The notes under the pieces: generated by a model
What the model was told of the DNA's origin: nothing
Databases searched by the model: none
What the model saw: only the letters and a program-made list of their open reading frames with translations
Translations under genes and position numbers: made by a program
Assembly: GCF_000281045.1 (NCBI RefSeq)
Contig: NW_008246070.1
Location: 265,781 to 329,780 of the forward strand
Reading direction: 5' to 3'
Length of the DNA stretch: 64,000 bases
Origin: Saprolegnia diclina VS20
Lineage: Eukaryota
Shown here: in pieces, positions 11,355-25,010 of the stretch
Layout: each line of letters begins with the position of its first letter
Position numbering within the stretch: the first letter of the stretch is position 1

Positions 11355-12982
11355 TTACACGTACACTTCGTTGCGGTTGAGGAGACTCTCGCGCTTGGGG
11401 TCGTCGCTCGCATCGGGCTCGGTCGTGAGGAGGTACGCCTGGATCACAAACGGAAAGAAGAGGAGCGCAAAGGCGCCTTGGGCGAGCACGAACGCAGTCC
11501 CGACCATGGGCACACCGCCCGCAAAGCCGTCAAAGATGCGCGAGAGCTGCGTCGTCGCGCAGGCCTCGGGCACAAGGGTGCTCGAGTGCAGCGTGCACGG
11601 GTGCGTCTCGCCGGTCGTTGCGTTTGTGAACGTCTGGTGGCCAAACGTCGCGTACTGTGGCGCGAGCGTGAGGAGCGAGAAGAGGCCCATGAGCGAGAGG
11701 TAGATCATGGCGAGCGTGGCGAGGATCAAGGTCGATGGCGCCGTGTTGCGGCGCTGGAGGCGGTCCATGCGGAAGCAAAGAAACTTGAACCCGTGCCGGC
11801 TGAGCCACAAGAACGCCGACACGAAGATGTAGAAGAAAAAGCACGCAAAGAGCGCGTAGTCGAGCGGGAAGACCTTGGAACTCAGCACGAGCACGAGGTC
11901 GATCGGGTTGGGGATTTGCGGCGTCTCGAGCACAAAGCCTACGGATACGTCTGTGGCATCATTGCTCTTTGGGTGAGAGAGATACCCGAGTCGTAGTGGC
12001 CGTGCATGAGCTTGTCGATCGTCGTCAGCAAGAGCGAAAACACAATCAGCAGCGAGACAACCATCAAGACGGCGCCGATCGGGATGCGCCACACCATCGA
12101 CGTGCAGCAGACCCACTGCGTACGCTGCTTGGCAAACACGCGCCGGCGATCCAAAAGCACTTGATCGCGCTTCTTGAGCTCTTCGAGGCGGTCGCGGTCC
12201 GAAGCCGACATGGTGCTGTCCGACGACGTGTATTTGCGCATGACAGTCTGGCGCGACCGCTCGACAGCGTGCGTCTCGAGCTCGATCTCTTCCATAAGGT
12301 AGCTCAGCGCGGCGCGGTCGTGGCGGCGCGGACGCAGGAGGCCGTCGACCGGGATCGAAGCGATCGCGCGGCCGGCGAGCCAGATCCAGAGCACTGAGCC
12401 GATGCAGAGCACGAGGCCGAGGAAGACGCGGAAGATGAGCGTCGCGTCGTCGTCCAAATGCAGGAGTGGCTTGAGCCAGTCGACGTCGGCGCGCGGTTTA
12501 CCGCACAAGACAACGATGAGCACGATTGTGACGAGGATGAGCATGAAGCAGAGGAAGCACGCGGTGCGCTTCAGCGCCGCCACGACGCGGCGCGAGGTCG
12601 TCGCGCGCGTAATGTGCTGGATCTCGCTCTGCTTGGCGTAAAAGAAGGCAAACGGCGAGAAGAGCAGAGAGAAGTTGAGGAGCATCACAAGCAGCACGTC
12701 GTAGACGATGCCCATGGCCTTGGCCTGGTTGAGGTGGCGCGTCGTCGTCACGTACACGTCAACAGGTGGCGTGAAGATGCAGAGGAGCGCGAAGAAGAGC
12801 GAGAGGATGCTCATGATGCGCGAGAGCTTGTCGGGCTGGCTGAAGACGAGCCCTTCGCTTGCGGGCGTCGGGCGCACCTCGAGCTTGGTCACAATAAGAT
12901 AACTCAGCACGTAGAGGAAGAGCGCGACGCCCGCATAGAGCGCGTAGATGCCGTAGGTGCCGTAGACGTCCGCCGTCGTCAT
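11355..12982 (-). CDS. LMBRD1: LMBR1-family membrane protein, LMBRD1 (lysosomal cobalamin exporter escort)-like
   Basis: Multi-TM protein with PVDVYV, PFAFFY, NPIDLVL...FPLDY and LAPQYATFGHQTF. One intron near 11938-11980. Confidence 0.75.
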
Positions 12983-13469
12983 CGTCGCTGGGAGCCTTCG
13001 GATCTTGCCCCGGCAATCCTGCAACGAAATGTAGCCAATCGCAGGTCGCGGCAACGGGCTTTTTAACCAATCCAGACCCAAGACACCCTTCAACGGCTGC
13101 CTTGCCCATCTGAGCAGTGTTCTCCCACGCCGAAGCACCGGCCTTGACCAAGTCGGTTGAGTTTGCACTTGGCTCGTATCAAGTTGATAGTGTACGGCCG
13201 GCGACTTCAATGTGACCAAGCTGACAAGCAAAGCGTCCATGTGGGGCGCAGCAAAACGGCCGTGCACGTGGTCCGGACGCCCCCCACCGGCTGGTTGTTT
13301 TGGGTGCCCCCCCTACACCCACAATAGAATTCGTTTTGCGAGTTGCATACAAGCACCAAGTGACTTGGATCTTTAAAATGAGGCGGGAGAAAGGCGGGTA
13401 CCGAACGGTCTGGATCGTGGGTCTCTCCCGTGACAAACGGCCGCCGGAGCGCGCACTTGGCAACTTGCG

Positions 13470-14588
13470 ATGAAGCTATGGAAGAAGCTCAGTGGCATGG
13501 GCGTCGCCGCCGTCCTCATGGCCGCCAGTAACCTCTGCATCAACGCCTCCAAGGTCGACGGCAAGATGCTCTACGTGGCGCTCACCGTCACGTTCCTCGT
13601 CGAAGCGCTCAAGCTCGCATCGTGCATCGCGGTGCTCGTCGCGTCGCCGCCAACCTCGCGCCTCTGGCTCGGCTGGAAGGAAGCCATGTACTTTGCCGCG
13701 CCGGCGCTGTTGTACACGATCGACAACAACCTCGCGTTTGTCATCCTGCGCTTCATTGACCCGGCGACGCTCTCGATCCTTTGGAACCTCAAGATCCTCA
13801 CGACAGCCGCTCTCTTCCGCTTCGTCTTGGGCCACAAGCTCGGGAAGCTGCAGGTCATCGCGCTCATGCTGCTCGTGCTCGGCGTCATTACAAGCCAGAG
13901 CAACCACGCCGTGCACCGCGGCGTCCAGCGCGTCGTGAACGGCACGACCTCGATGGCGGCCGTCGAGCTCGACGAGCGCACCAAGTTTATGCTGGGCATC
14001 GCGCTTGTGGCGCTCGGGTGCACGATCTCGTCCTTTGCCGGCATTCTCTCCGAGTACGCGCTCAAGAAGCACCCCGCGACGCCGTTCTTTGTCCAGAACG
14101 GCTACATGTACAGTTTTGGCCTCCTCTTCAACTCGATCGGGCTCCTCGCGTCGGCGCAAACTACGATCGCGGCCAACGGCTTCTTTGACGGCTACAATAG
14201 CTGGACGTGGTCCGTCGTCTTCATCCAGGCGCTCGCGGGCCTCATGATGGGCTTCATCTTCAAGTACCTCGACAACATTGTGTGCGTCTACACCCACGTG
14301 GTCGCGATGCTACTCACGATGCTCGTCTCGATCCTCTTCTTTGCCTTTGAGCTCACGCTCGAGTTTGCGTGCGGCTTTGGCGTCTGCGCCATCTCCATGT
14401 ACCTCTACCACATGCCCAGCCCTGGCGACGCGACCGCGCCTTGCCACGGCACGGCCACCTCGTCGAGCGACGAAGAATACGAAAAGGTCGCCATGGTCAG
14501 CGACCATTCGTGCCGCAGCAGTGACGCGACCACGGTCGGAAGCCCCCACCGCCGAGACACTTTGCGCGACGACGACGACGAGGTGTAG
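13470..14588 (+). CDS. SLC35A-type nucleotide-sugar transporter
   Basis: EALKL, PALLYTIDNNL, NLKILTTA, FAGILSEYALK, KYLDNI; about 10 hydrophobic segments. Confidence 0.9.
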   Translation: MKLWKKLSGMGVAAVLMAASNLCINASKVDGKMLYVALTVTFLVEALKLASCIAVLVASPPTSRLWLGWKEAMYFAAPALLYTIDNNLAFVILRFIDPATLSILWNLKILTTAALFRFVLGHKLGKLQVIALMLLVLGVITSQSNHAVHRGVQRVVNGTTSMAAVELDERTKFMLGIALVALGCTISSFAGILSEYALKKHPATPFFVQNGYMYSFGLLFNSIGLLASAQTTIAANGFFDGYNSWTWSVVFIQALAGLMMGFIFKYLDNIVCVYTHVVAMLLTMLVSILFFAFELTLEFACGFGVCAISMYLYHMPSPGDATAPCHGTATSSSDEEYEKVAMVSDHSCRSSDATTVGSPHRRDTLRDDDDEV

Positions 14589-14964
14589 AATAACTTAATA
14601 CCAAATGCGTGGCGGGTGTGACGTGGCACGTTCTGGCTGGCGAGTACTGTAGATGCTGCGTCAGAAGTATCTTGGACGGCAAAAAAGACGAGCTCCACTG
14701 TCGTCGTCAACACGCGAAAAGACAGCCTTGTACATCAACGTGTACAGCTACAGAGCGGCGACAGCGCCACACAAGTGCACGCGACCTGCAATCGGCGGTG
14801 GGGGACGACCGAGAGTCGCCCGCGGACTCGAGTGTGAGTGTGTGTTGGACACACATGTGCGTCGTATCTTCGAAACCAAACTTCGAAGTGGGCGTTGGCC
14901 AATCCGAGGGCGGCGCGGGCCGCCAGCGCTTTGTTGCGCACATTGCCTTTGGCACCCAAGACGC

Positions 14965-16271
14965 ATGGCCGCGCCCATCTCGGAAGACCTCTACGAGCTG
15001 CTCGAGGTCGAGCGCTCGGCGTCGGAGGCCGAGATCCGGTCGAGCTACCGCAAGCTCGCGCTCAAGTACCACCCGGACCGCAACCACGGCACGCCCGGCG
15101 CCGAAGAGCACTTCAAGAAGCTCGCGACCGCGTACGCAGTGCTCTCGGACGCCAAGCAGCGCCGTGTGTACGACGTGTCGAGCAAGGACGGCACTCCGGA
15201 CGCTGCGCTTGCCGCGTTCCAGGGCCTGCAGCCCATCGACGTCAACGAGATGAACAGCCTCGGGCGCATGCTCGGGTACCGCTGCCCACGTACTAGTACA
15301 CGACGTGATCTCATGCATCTTCTGTAGCGCGCTCTGCTCCAAAATGGGCATTCCACTTCCAACGCAAATCAGTGCAAATGTTCTCGCCGCTGCCCACGGT
15401 ACGCAACTATCTCACGCGAATGGAGGTTGTCAACCTGCTTGCTAGACGCCGTCAAAGGCATCGGTATCGTCAAGGACCTCGCCATGGGTCTCGAAGCCTC
15501 TGGGCGCGTCGAGAAACAAGAAGCGCACTTCTTTCGCCTCACGATCGGCGACGTGCCGCCCACTGGCATCGTCATTAGCTGCCGCGCGGCACCCAAGAGC
15601 AAGTTCAAGCTCATCCTCTTCGACTCGGACGGCGGCGTGCGCCACGTGCAAGAGTGCGGACCACGCTCCAAGTACACGTCAGCCGACATCTTTATGACAT
15701 CGGTGCGTCCCTTCAGTATGTGCTAGTAGATCTGATAGGCGTCAAGTAGATGGAGTTTATGGACATGAACGAGTCCTGGAAGTTCTTGACCGAGCAAGAG
15801 AAGGCATTGCCCGAGGTCTTCTCGAGCTTGACGACGCTCGAGCTCATGCAAACGCCGCACTTGGGCGCTGGCAGCCACCTCTTTGCAGTCTATGGCGACA
15901 ATTGGTTCTCGGCGCTCAACTACACGGTGCAGTGCACCGTCATCCAAGCGACGAGCGCCACCAACATCCAGCTCACCGAGGCCGAGATGCTGCATTTGCG
16001 CAAGGACATTGATGCGTTTCAGGCCGAGTTTGTCGCGGCGCAAAAAGCCTTTGAAGCGGTCGTCGCCAAGGCCAACGACTACGACGTGCGCACAAAGGAG
16101 CTCCTCCAGGCTCGGCGGTGTGCATACGAAACCTTCTTTCAAGAGTGCGCCGAGCCGTACAAGGCGATGCAGCCCGCGCGTGAGCGCCGCGATTCGGCGC
16201 CCTCGGCCTTTCAGAACCTCTGGTCGCGCTTTACCGAGCCCAAGGAGCCTCCGAAGCGCAACGAGTTTTAG
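14965..16271 (+). CDS. DnaJ protein, ARG1/DnaJ15-16-like (spliced)
   Basis: J-domain [13 protein letters not shown], followed by [31 protein letters not shown] and a C-terminal coiled coil as in plant ARG1. Confidence 0.85.
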
Positions 16272-16296
16272 CATCGCCACTGTAACATTCTTTGCA

Positions 16297-18043
16297 TTAC
16301 TTGGCTTTCGACAGACGGTTGCGCGCGCGGCGCTCCGCATCGAGCTTCTTCTCGTGCGCGATGTGCGCCTTGACGGCGTTACTGAGCCACTTGCCGTGCT
16401 CCGCGTTGCCGTTGCAGATCATGTTGAAGCTAACGATACGTGAGTCAAGATCTACGATCCGGGACATACCGCGCCGGAGGGTAGCGGAGCAGAGCCGCGC
16501 CAGTCATCACAGACTTGATGTTGGACGCATACGATGCGAGAGCGCCCTTCTTGATGGACGGAAGCCAAGCTTGGACCTGCGCTGCGTCCCACGTTTTGAA
16601 AAGGGACACCGTGGAGATTTCGTCCTCGATGATTTCTTTGGTCGTCCGCGTGACGTGCGGCGCCGACTCGACCATTTGCCGGGCGTGAATCAAGGACGTC
16701 AGTGTGTGTTCCGTGTCTATTCGCACCAATGTTGTGTTGATAACGAATGGCTTTAACGGAACTACCTGTGGGGATCGGTGACGCAGTTACCACGACAGCG
16801 GTCTTGCTTTGCTTGGTCGTCGACCACAAATGGTTCTTTAAGATGCGCGTGAGAGCGCTGTTGCGGTACGGGATGTGGCCCGGCGGGTCCTGGGACATGG
16901 CGAGCAAGCACTGCTTGAGCGCCAAGTGCGCCATGTTGGTATCGATGGTTTCTTGGTGTCGGGCCTTGTCGGTGAAGTACTGATCTTCCTTGCGCTCACT
17001 ACAAGATGAGGATAGGTATCTGAAGATGCAAGCATTTGTACCTTCCGGCCAAGTCGAGCAACACGAGCTGCCCGTTGGACGCGACGCCGTCGCTCGAGAC
17101 GATTTGGAGAAAACAAATCAAGTGCGATCGCGACGATACGGCGTTCACTTGCGTGGCTTCGGTCGTTCGGTTGCTCGTAGCGTCCTGGAAAAGGTCGAGG
17201 AGCTCGGCCGCAGATCGAGCCAACTGGCTTTCCGAGTGCACCAGTTCGATGTCGCCGCTGTTGCTTTCGCAGATCAGCACCTTGTTGCGGTCGTGCAAGA
17301 GATCTAAAACACACGTTATCTCGGTGCATTTTCTAGAGGCCAGCGTACCGACGCACTTGGACCCGACGAGCTCGACGGCCTTGAAGTTAATCGCTTGGTC
17401 CGGCTCGTTGAAGATGTCGTCAGCTAGATGCGTAAGGAAGCCGAGCATGGTGTGGGTCTTCCCCGACCCCGTTTGCCCGTACCTATGTCGCTACATCATA
17501 CCGCCATGCAGCAGACGAGTGAAGGGGTACATCATGCAGACGGCCTCGCCTCCGGAAAGGGCGTGCTCGACCAAGGGCTTGGCCGCCGACGAGTACACGA
17601 CAGGCGTTGGTGTGTGCTCGTCAAAGACCTTGGTGAACGAGTGGGCATGCGTGTCGATGTACTTGTGAACCATGTCTATGGGAACACGTCGTCTCCTGGA
17701 CGGGCACTCGTGTTCCGGTACCGTTGTGCATCAAGCAGTCGTGGACGGCCATGGTCTGGTCGTCGATGCACGAGATGGTCGTGTACTCTCCGCGCTCAAC
17801 TTCGTGGGGAAGCATCGGGCGGACGCGCGCGTAGACGTCAATGTACTGCGTCGTCTTGGCCCGCTTCGCATCGGCGATCCGCTCGTCCTGCGCATAGGAC
17901 TCGCGGAGCTCGCGGATCGCTTCCTGGAAGACAGCAGCATGGCGCGTCCGAGCAGTTCTACATGCAGCCTCGTCAACCTTCCGTCTTGGTCTCCATGCTC
18001 ACCGCTTGTCGAGGTTCTTCCGCGTGTCCCCCTTGTCCGTCAT
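16297..18043 (-). CDS. Kinesin motor protein, kinesin-13-like (spliced)
   Basis: VYARVRP, P-loop YGQTGSGKTHTM, NAVSSRSH, LDLAGSER, ALKQC, HIPYRNSALTRIL. Stop at 16297-16299. Confidence 0.88.
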
Positions 18044-18566
18044 GACCAAAGTTGAGTTGTGAAATCCTCGGCGGTGGGAAGCGGCTAGAGTGTTGGTCAT
18101 CGTCGGCAGGTGGCTTGACTTAACAGCAACCGGCTGATGTTAGTGCAGGGTCGGAGAGCACGGTCATGACGCCCTTCTCAGCAATCGAGAATGTATGTCA
18201 TTTTATCACGGGCTTTTTTGGCCCACACCTCCGTGGGCACAAGGACAAGTCGCGCGTTGTCAGCAAGCACGTTGTTATTGGCTGCACGATTAGCCTATAG
18301 TCCACGCGGCAGTAAACATGGCGGAGCAGTCTCTCCCACACCCCGTAGTGTGATCATCATTCTGGCTCAACTTAACGGCGACCATACAACACGCAAGTAA
18401 ATTGGTGCGTAACCTTTGCTCTACAAATGCCAAGTGAATCTCTCGACCAATCCTGGCGCACTTCTGTTGGGTCATCCGGATAACATGCGGACAATGACTG
18501 CCAGCCCTTTTTACATGGTGGAGCCGTCGCCGGAGAAGAGCCAAATACCTTCCAGCCTGCGTTGCC

Positions 18567-19838
18567 ATGAAGAGCTACATCCGCGAAGCCTCCCGCCGGG
18601 CGAAGGACCCATCGCTCGGCTTGCCCAAGCTAATCTACTCGGTCAACCTTGACCGTGTGTACGTGCTACACTAGGCCTCGCGTCGGCTCATGCGCATCTT
18701 GTAGCGGCGAGTACTTGAAGTCCAAGTTCCTGCCACTCGACTGCGATGACGAGACGCAAGAGTTCCTCAACGTCCGCTGGAATATGGTTGGCGCCAGCAA
18801 GGCTTCATGCAGCTGTGGCGTAGAGCTGCCACGATACGAGTATGTTCCGCACAGTCGCCTCGCGCTTCCTCAACATGTTCTACTCGGTGACCGACACCAA
18901 TGGCATGCTTGGCCGTACGAGTCCATCGACGCATTTGCAGAGCTGGATCGGTTCTGCGTAGGTGGTCAAATGTTTGTCTTCTCGCGCGCCCACGCCCAGA
19001 GCATGTTTGCGTTCCCGGACAACAAGTGCGGTGGTACGTCGTGCCGACGCGTGCTGCATCATGTACGCTGCCTCGTAGGTAAGCTGCTCGACATTGGCGC
19101 GGGCGACGGCAACGTTACGGAGCGCTTGGCGCCGTTCGTCGACGAGATTCGCACCACCGAGGTGTCGCTGCCCATGGTCAAGGTGCTCAACGCCAAGGGC
19201 TTCAAGTGCGTTTTTTACGGGGGACGTCTCTTGCTCATAATGACTAATGACTAGCTGCACGCACACGACGGACCTCTCGCACCCCGACATTGCGACCAAC
19301 GGACCGTACCATATCATTAGGTTTGGACGGTGGTCGCCTATATCGAGATGACAGACAACGTCGTTAGCTTGCTCAACGTGCTCGACCGCGCCGACACACC
19401 GCTGACACTTCTGCGTCAGATCCACGACCTTCTCCACCCAGATGTACGCTTGTGGTCGAAGTGCTTGGCGCCAATGGACCGTAGGGTGTGCTCTTGATTG
19501 CCGTCGTCTTGCCCTTCTCCGCCTTGTACGCCACTCCTCATCCGCCCGCGAATGGTGCTCATGCGGCGATTGTCTGTAGCGTCGAGGTCGGAACGCAGAA
19601 GCTACCGCCGAGCGAGCCCTTGCCCATGGACGGCGGTCTCTGCAGAGAACGCGCGTCCTTTGAAGACGCAGCGCGCATCATGGCCGACCGCGTCTTCTCG
19701 CCCAACGGCTTCAAGGTCAAGAGCTTCAGCCGGGTCCCGTACCTCTGCCGCGGCGACATCTCGCAGCCCTACTACGTGCTCTGCGATGCGCTCTTTACGC
19801 TTGAGAAGAAGAAGCCTAAGAAGAAGACGAAGAACTAG
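18567..19838 (+). CDS. METTL9/DREV-like methyltransferase (many short introns)
   Basis: TDTNGMLGRGQMFVFS, LLDIGAGDGNVT, LNVLDRADTPLTLL, RVPYLCRGD...YYVLCDA. Confidence 0.85.
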
Positions 19839-20259
19839 TTGCAGTTGGTAGAAATGTACTAGTAGTTGAAGTTGCCAGCACCGGCATCTGGGCCGCCTTT
19901 TTACTACGGCGGCGCCCCGGGGCGTCCTGGGCCCAGAGTCAGATGCTCGCATACAGTTGCGATCTTGCTTTTTGTATGCAGTGGGACCATCGGCAGGCCT
20001 GGAGCACGCACAGGTGCGCCCACAGCGCCGCACGGTTGTGCGACCATCGCGACCAGATGCACTCGGTACTCGATGCAGCGTCCCAGTGCAGTGTGAGCAA
20101 GCAGAACAATGTCATCGTCAGCATCCCCGAGGTTAGGGCCAGGCCTTGATATCGCGCATCGATATTCGGGCCCCGGGTATCCGGTCGTGGGGCCGGAACA
20201 AGATGTGCAAGTTGTTTCCATCGAAAGATATCTGAGTTTCGATTTTGCAGTTGATCACC

Positions 20260-23200
20260 ATGGGCTTCCTCTTCTACGTCAACGGGCAGCGCGACGAGGT
20301 CGCCAACGTCGCGCCGGAAGAGACGCTGCTCAACTACCTCCGCAACAAGAAGCGGCTCACGGGCACAAAGCTCGGCTGCGGCGAAGGCGGTTGCGGCGCG
20401 TGCAGCGTCATTGTCTCGCGCATGAACCCCGAGACCAAGGCGGTGACGCACGCAGCCGTGAACGCGTGCTTGACGCCGCTCTGTGCAGTCGAAGGCTGCG
20501 CGGTCACGACGGTCGAAGGGCTGCGCGAACCGTCGACGCAGCAGCTGCACCCAGTGCAAACCGCGATCGCCGAGAACCACGGCTCGCAATGCGGCTTTTG
20601 CACGCCCGGCATCGTCATGGCGCTGACGGCGATCGTTCAAGACGACCATGCGACGATGGAGACGATCGAGCACAAGATGGACGGCAACCTCTGCCGCTGC
20701 ACGGGGTACCGCCCGCTTCTCGACGCGGCCAAGTCGTTTGGTAGCGACGCAGCGGCGCACGTACAATGCGGCTCGGCGGCATGCGACCAGCATTGCATGA
20801 CGGGCGACATCGAAGACATCCTCTCTGTTGTCTCGTGCAGCGCCAAGAAGATCCAAGCCGAGCACAAGAAGCACAAGCACGCGATTCCGAAGGTCGCCTT
20901 TCCGCAGGAGCTCGTGACCCACACGGCGACGCTCGCAGCGCAGAGCACGACAATTGTCGGGAGCCATGTGCGCTGGCTGCGTCCGTCGTCGCTGACAGAG
21001 CTGCTGCAGTGGAAAGAAGAGTTTCCGCACGCCAAGATCTCGGTCGGCAACACGGAGCTCGGCATTGAAGTCAAGTTCAAGCGCATGGAGTACCCTGTCA
21101 TGCTCTCGGTCAGCCACGTGCCCGAGCTCCACGTGCTCGAGCTTATCACGGCGCCATTTGCTGGCGTTCGCCTCGGCGCGGCCGCGTCGCTCACCCGCAT
21201 CGTCGACTTTTGCAAGACCACGAGTGTGCTCCCGACGCAGCAGCGCGCGCTTGTCGCGATGCGGTCGATGCTCAAGTGGTTTGCGTCGCTCCAAATCCGC
21301 AACGTCGCGTGCTTGGGCGGCAACCTCGCGACCGCGAGCCCGATCGGCGACATGAACCCGCTCCTCTCGAGCCTCGGCGCCGTCCTCGAAGTCGCGTCGG
21401 CGACAGGACGCCGTATGGTGCCGGTCGCGGACCTCGTCGTCGCCTACCGCAAGGTCGGCCTGCGAGGCGACGAAGTGCTGCTGAGCGTGCTCGTGCCGTT
21501 CACGCGCGAGCATGAATACGTCTTCCCGTTCAAGCAAGCCAAGCGCCGCGAAGACGACATTAGTATCGTCACTGCCGGGCTTCGCTTCCAGCTCGGATCC
21601 CACGCACATGGTTGGCGCATCGACGACTGCAGCCTCTTTTACGGTATGCCGTACATTGAAGCCAAAGTTGAGGTCCGCTAGGTGGCATGGGCCCGACGCC
21701 CAAGCGTGCGCTCGAGACCGAGGCGCGTCTACGCGGCTCGGCCTTTACCAAAGACAGCGTCGAGGCCGCGTGCAATGTGCTACGCCGTGAGCTGCAGCTG
21801 CCAGTGACCGTGCCCGGCGGCCTCGCCGCGTACCGCACGACACTGAGCGTCTCGTTCCTCTACAAGGCGTTTCTGCAAGTGGCCAAAGCCCTCGCGAATG
21901 ACACGTCATCACCGACGTCGCCATGGGTATGTCATGCTGACATTCCCACCCAAAGACTATGATATCGTATTAGATGACGCTGGACGCACGCGAGTACTCG
22001 GGCGCAACATCGTACATGAACGTGCCGCGGCCTCTCTCGCGCGGCACACAGCGCTTTGGCATTGAGAAAGGCGGTCTTCTCTCGTCGAAAATGGCGCTGT
22101 TGCCGACCCAAGACCGGTCGCCCGTGGGCAACCCGCTCATGCACCGGTCCGCGTACCTCCAAGTGTCGGGCGAGGCCAAGTACGTCGACGACATGGACGA
22201 CGTACACAACGTGCTCCACGGCGCGCTCGTGCTCTCGACGATCGCCCACGGCGACATCCAGCGCATCGATCCGTCGGTCGCGCTGACCATGCCAGGCGTC
22301 GTCTCGTTCCTGGACGCGTCCGTCTTTGAAAAGCTCACGCAAAATGCCCTCGGCCCTGTCATCCACGACGAAGAGTGCTTCGCCTCGAAGAGCGTCGTCT
22401 CGATGGGGCAGCCGATCGGCATTGTGCTCGCGACGTCGCACGAAGCCGCGCACGCGGCCGCTGACAAGGTCCTTGTCGAGTACACGCCGCGTCCGTCTAT
22501 CGTATCCATCAAAGAGGCAGTGGCCGCCAACGCCTTCCACACCAAAGGCCACACGCTCGTCCGAGGCGACGTTTGTGCGGGCCTCGCGCAAAGCGACGTG
22601 GTGGTGCACGGCGAGATGTACATGGGCGGCCAAGAACACTTTTACTTTGAGACGCAAGCGTGCTACGTCACTCCGATGGAAGACGGCGCCATGCACGTCG
22701 TGAGCTCGACCCAAGCGACGACCAAGACGCAAATGTGCGTCGCCGCCTGCCTCGGCGTGCCCGCGCACAAGATCGTCTCGAGCGTCAAGCGCATGGGCGG
22801 TGGCTTTGGCGGCAAGGAAACGCGCAGCGTCTTTGTGGCGTGCGCGGCGGCGGTCGCGGCCAAGGCGCTCAAGCGCCCGGTGCGCCTGCTACTGGAGCGG
22901 CAGGCCGACATGGCCACGACCGGCGGGCGACACCCGTACTACGCCAAGTACACGGTCGGCGCGACACAGGACGGGCGATTGCAAGCATACGAGGTGGAGC
23001 TCTTCAACAATGCGGGCTACTCGCTCGATCTGAGCGAGGCGGTCATGGACCGCGCGCTCTTCCACTGCGAGAATGCGTATTACGTTCCCAATATGACGGC
23101 CAAGGGCCTCTGCTGCAAGACAAATTTGCCGACGAACACGGCGTTTCGAGGCTTTGGCGCACCCCAAGGTCCATCTACCTATCTGCGGCTAGTATGATGA

Positions 23201-24518
23201 TGCTGATGATCACTAGGCATGATGATGGCCGAGACGATGATGGACCACGTGGCGTCCGTGCTGCGCATGGACCCGGTCGAGCTCCGAACGCGCAACTTGT
23301 ACCAGGAGGGGCATGTGACACACTACGGCCAGCGCCTCGTCGACTACACGCTGCCGGCGCTCTGGGCCCGCGGGCTGCGCGAGAGTCAATATGCCGAGCG
23401 CTCGGCGGCCGTCGCGGCCTTCAACCGCGCGCACGTGTGGAAGAAGCGGGGCCTCGCGATCCTCCCGACCAAGTTCGGCATCAGCTTCACCAACAAGTTT
23501 ATGAACCAAGGCGGGTCGCTCGTGCACGTGTACGCTGACGGCAGCGTGCTCGTCTCGCACGGCGGCACCGAGATGGGCCAAGGCCTCCACACCAAGATCA
23601 TGCAGATCGGTACCTTCGATACATTCGCACGATCCAAACTGAACTACGCTCCTAGTTGCCAAGTCGTTTGCAATCCCGATGGACGCCGTTACGATCCACG
23701 AGACGTCGACCGACAAGGTGGCCAACTCGCAGCCGTCGGCCGCGTCCATGAGCACCGACCTCTACGGCATGGCGACGCTGGACGCGTGCGAGCAGATCCT
23801 AGCCCGTCTGGCGCCTGTGCTGGCCAAGCTCGGACCCGACGCAGCCTTTGCCGACGTGATCAAAGCTGCGTATTTCGACCGGATCGACCTCTCAGCCCAT
23901 GGCTTTTACATTGTGCCAAATGAAAACTGTGGGTACGATTGGTCCAAGCCCGTGGAGGCGCAGACCAGCACGGCGTTCAACTACTACACAACCGGCGTCG
24001 CGTGCACCGAAGTCGAGCTCGACGTGCTCACGGGCGACGTGCACATGACCCAAGTGGACATTTACATGGACGTTGGCGCGTCCATCAACCCGGCGATCGA
24101 CATTGGCCAGATCGAAGGCGCGTTTTTGCAGGGCTTTGGGCTCTTTTGCATGGAAGAGCACGTGTGGGGCGATGAGAACCGGCCGTGGCTGCCGCGCGGC
24201 GGCCTCTTCACGCGCGGCCCGGGCACGTACAAGATCCCGTCCTTCAACGACGTGCCGCTGCAGATGAACGTGTGGCTCGAACCGCAGTTGAAGAACAAAC
24301 TCGCGGTGCACTCGTCGAAAGCCATTGGCGAGCCGCCGCTCTTCCTCGGCGCCACCGCGTTCTTCGCCATCAAGGCCGCCATTGCCGCCGCGCGGGCCGA
24401 GCACACGACCGACACCGAGTATTGGACGCTGCATGCACCGGTGACGTCGGAGCGCGCGCGCATGGCCGTCCACGACCGGTTCTGCTCCGACACGCCCATT
24501 CCGCTCGGCTGCTTTTAA
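20260..24518 (+). CDS. XDH: Xanthine dehydrogenase/oxidase (spliced)
   Basis: 2Fe-2S motifs GTKLGCGEGGCGAC, SQCGFCTPG and NLCRCTGYRP; FAD domain; Moco domain with GGGFGGKETR, AFRGFG and SSKAIGEPPL, i.e. the XDH-type catalytic Glu/Arg residues. Confidence 0.97.
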
Positions 24519-25010
24519 CGAAAAGACAATACTAGGGTCAACCTCGGGTTTTCTCAAGACAGGTTTTGGTCGAGCTCTTTGGTGGAGGTCTTGCATTGGC
24601 GTAGCGCTACGTGTGACGTACTTTGGACTCGTACGTTGATGTCATTCCGTGTGCAGCAGCACCACGCACTGCAAGAGCTGTGGAATGGGCGGTACTTGGT
24701 GGAGGCCACTGCGGGCTTTTCGTACTTGATATGACGGCTCTGGTGCGACCAATGCGACGATTATAACGTCGGACGCCAGGGCCAGAAGAAAGATGATGTG
24801 GACGAGAAGATCTGGCGAGTGCCTGTAGTCCAAGCAGCTCGCTGTTGTCGACGCGGTCCTTGGTAATATAGGAATGTGCTCGGCACAGACGTCAATGTAT
24901 TAACTTTACCACCACCATTGGCGACACGACAGTACGACGGGTGTTTCGGCCGCCATCGCACAACCTTGCTAGCCGATGACGGAGTGCGATAAATAAGCAC
25001 GGGCACTGTC

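Noticed and set aside
19939..21609. Long antisense ORFs (also 30568-31908, 35883-37364, 39779-41125, 54721-55887, 56271-58025)
   Set aside because: Shadow ORFs caused by high GC3 codon bias of the real genes on the opposite strand.
24642..24833. Small hydrophobic ORF between XDH and NOX
   Set aside because: TTG start, weak codon bias and no recognisable family; it lies in the 3' region between convergent genes.
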